Positions 61,101 through 64,000 of a stretch of DNA of 64,000 nucleotides are shown piece by piece. Under the pieces are notes generated by a model. It did not search any database and was not told the origin of the DNA. It saw nothing but the letters and a program-made list of their open reading frames with translations. Numbering within the stretch: position 1 is the first letter of the stretch; every line of letters begins with the position of its first letter. The DNA comes from Psammoneis japonica (Eukaryota). A program made the translations under genes and the position numbers. The stretch covers positions 1 to 64,000 of the forward strand of contig QPGO01000187.1 in NCBI GenBank assembly GCA_008632985.1, given 5' to 3'.

Positions 61101-64000
61101 AACGCCTGCAGATGAGGACGTAACGCTTCACGGATTTCAGAGGCATTTCTTTGATTTCCGACTATTGACTTCTCTCCCAAGAGAGAAGCAGCGCTGTATC
61201 GGTCACGGCGGCCCTCCGTGAACCACAGTGGATGAGATACCGAAAGCAACATTAATGCATAAAGAATGTCGGGTCTGCCCAAAGCCACAGCAGCTGATGC
61301 CATCTCTCGGTATGCGCCCAACGCAGCTTCCCCAATACCTGAGGCTCCTCCAACTTCAGTTTCCATGCCAAAAGATTCAACCATCGATGGTGTGGACGTT
61401 TCTCCACTGCCGCGGTCGCTATCGTTTCTTCGATGTCGCTCTGCTGCCTGGGCGGAAGTCTCCATCATCGCACTCCCACCGTAATTCGTTGTCTGTCCAA
61501 AAGCTCTTAGGAGTTGATCATTTAAAACAGGCGACACACGTTTATGACTCAACGTGACCGATGTCGACACCGAATCAGCAAGGCCTTGGCATGCAGCAAG
61601 ACCGAGACAGCAGCTTTCTCTTGCGAGTTGCTTAGACTTTGGAAAAGCCAACAAGAAGATAAAGGCCGACTGGATTTCTTCGAGCCTTCCGATAAGCTCG
61701 TATGTGAACGCCCGCTTTGTCATGCCATCGCTGCTGTTTACCTGAGTGCAAACAGCAAACAATAAAGGTGAGCAACAATTGGACTCAAAGCCAAACGAGG
61801 AATCCCTTGCACCGCCTACCATTTTCGCAGCACGGCCAACCAGAGCAAGGAGTGCCGAAGCACAGGATGTTCGCTTGTGAGGGCTTGAGGAAGCCATTTC
61901 CCTCTTGAGAAGAATGTACAGGACCTTGTGAAACGAAAAAAAAAACATTTGAGTCACTCCGAGGCTTGTTACAAGTGTGCCGAAATTTCTGCAGCTCTTA
62001 CCTGTTGGTGTGGTGGAAGATTATTTGAGAAGTCGTCATCGTACTCCTCTGGCCATACAGCAGATTCAGACGTCCACACAGCGCCCGGCGGGCTGAAGGC
62101 ATCAGCATACAACGCAAGAGCTTCACCAGTTACAAGCGCAAGCTCTTCGTCCTTTCGAAATGAAGACGACCCAAGCAAACTGAACAACGCATCCAAACTA
62201 AATCAAGCAAACATCAATGAGGATACAGACGCATAATTCATTGGAAGCACAGCTACGTGTACATAGCGCTCACCATTGAATTCTAGACGGGCCAAGTTCC
62301 ATTGCTTCATCAAGCCCTGCAGTAGAAGTGACACAACCTGCGCCAGAGGTAGTTGCCGCGAGCACCATTCCGGTCGCTTCGGCCAGAGCAGATGCCCTAA
62401 CGGGGTCTGTGCTGTCGCCATTTCCATACTTTCTAATTGCGCGATTAAGGTTCGTGAGCGCCGCAGCGCTACAATTGTAAAGCTGCTCGTTCAAGATGGG
62501 TGCATCGAAACCTTCATAAGAGAGCGCGATGACGAGACTTTGAGCGCAGGCATTGCCAATAACTTCGTCAGAATTCAACGTCCCGAGACCAAGGCATGTC
62601 ACAATGGTCTCCGCAAGGTTCCAACATGACTTGATTACTTCTCCTTTTGGTGCTGCTTCAGCGGTGTTGCTTTCTTGCGCAGCTTTCAAGCGAAATGCTC
62701 GGACACAGCTTGCTCCCAGAAAAGCTGATCCGTGCACTTCCCCAACCATGAACAAATTACTTCGCATGTTTGTGAGTTTTCCAGAACACAGATCCATGGC
62801 TCGCGTAATCTCGGAATTCATTACCCAGTCATAGAGACTGCAAGAATCGTCGTTTCCTCTTCCACCGCACCATAGCTCGTAGTCCTCATAAACGTGGCCA
62901 CAAGCTTCGGCGAGGTACCTCCGTGCCTTGGATGAAAATGCTGAAACTGCAAGGCTCTCCATATTTCTCAAGCTAAGGGATGATTTGTTACTCACAATCA
63001 TTGATCGAGCAAACCTTGACGTTGACAAGCATCCAGCTAAACACACGGAGCCTTGGTCCAGCAAATCTATCGACTCGCGTCCTGTCCCTTCTCGGGCGGA
63101 TACAAAAAGCACTAATGTGTCGGCTAATGCTTGGAAATAAGTATCAACCGAATCATCTTCACCGCCATACAAGTCATTGTACAGACAAATGAGACCAAAA
63201 TTTAACGTTGCCGCCTTGCCCGCATGTGAGAAATCAAGGTATCGTGGTCTCCATGACGAAGTCGACACGCCGTTATCGGTAGCAGGCGTTTTTGATTCAA
63301 ACACAAGCGTGACAAGGTCACGAAAGTCTGGTAGAGAGGGAGATGCATTCCTTGGTGGAGTCTCGACTCTTGCGCTTCCTTCCGTGGACAGCCCTAGTCC
63401 TTGCATGGCAATACTCGAAGCTGTCACGTCAGGGTCACCGGTCAAAAAACACAAGAGATGACAGGCCCTCGGCAAATCCAAAGCTTTTAAAAGATCTGTC
63501 GCCCACCTAGCAGCAGCGACTCTTGAGGCCTTTGGTTGTGAAGTTTGTGCTGCAGTCCAGAGGAGGGGGAGCAAAGCATTCGAGAGGATTATTCTGTTGT
63601 TGCCGGTGTCGTTCGTAGAAGCTACAGTATCCTCTCCAATGGGATGAGAATCAGAGGTAGTCATGTCACTCCAAGGATTGGATGTGGCTTGCGCATCAAC
63701 ATCCATTGCATCCTCACTTTCTGACGTGGGGGCAGGTGTATCAGGTGATGACTGACCAAGAGAATTTCTGTTGTACACCCGACAGTAGGAGGCTAGAAGC
63801 GCATCTAGGGCAGCCACGGCTCTTGGTCTCAACGTTTCGACTTCATTGGATGTACATCCAAACAAAAGAGCGGCCGTTTCAATCGAAACAGCCATTGTAC
63901 CGGAAGTGGTGTACCCCGAATTGTTGGAGGGAGCGCCACAGGTAAACACACCACCTTGACGCGCCGTTGCATAGTTCGACCTGCAAACAGCACAGACAAT
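58109..64000 (-). CDS. ECM29: Proteasome adaptor ECM29 (HEAT repeats), 5'-partial
   Basis: YREMASAA, LIPRLLRACNDPN...MSTLW, LWRARVGACAAL, RAMDDVRSNVR and MSGLEPAALNY. GT-AG introns 58350-58424 and 61925-62001. Frame break near 62270. Confidence 0.88.

Overview
Eukaryotic genomic DNA, most likely from a pennate diatom (inferred from short GT-AG introns, a diatom-type Copia remnant, a class C GPCR and the gene repertoire). Ordinary genes alternate with multi-kb blocks of decayed transposons. The genes encode an FG-GAP/ASPIC-UnbV protein, class 3 lipase, cyclophilin, RanBP2-zinc-finger protein, EngB GTPase, 5'-nucleotidase-GPCR, sulfatase, trypsin, 2OG-Fe(II) oxygenase and ECM29. The main signal is that the repeat blocks (~7.0-12.8, 22.5-27.2, 29.4-30.5, 32.0-35.3, 42.1-43.8 and 46.7-56.4 kb) are almost stripped of TpA, and often of CpG, and are flooded with TpG/CpA. 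Internal duplicates polarise the change: the same ancestral TA became TG in one copy and CA in another. This points to a RIP-like, double-strand-symmetric A:T>G:C hypermutation at TpA that is confined to repeat domains and fades next to genes. I do not know of this being described. Several gene frameshifts can be repaired by adding one base to a homopolymer and are probably assembly errors. All alignments and compositional statements were made by eye.
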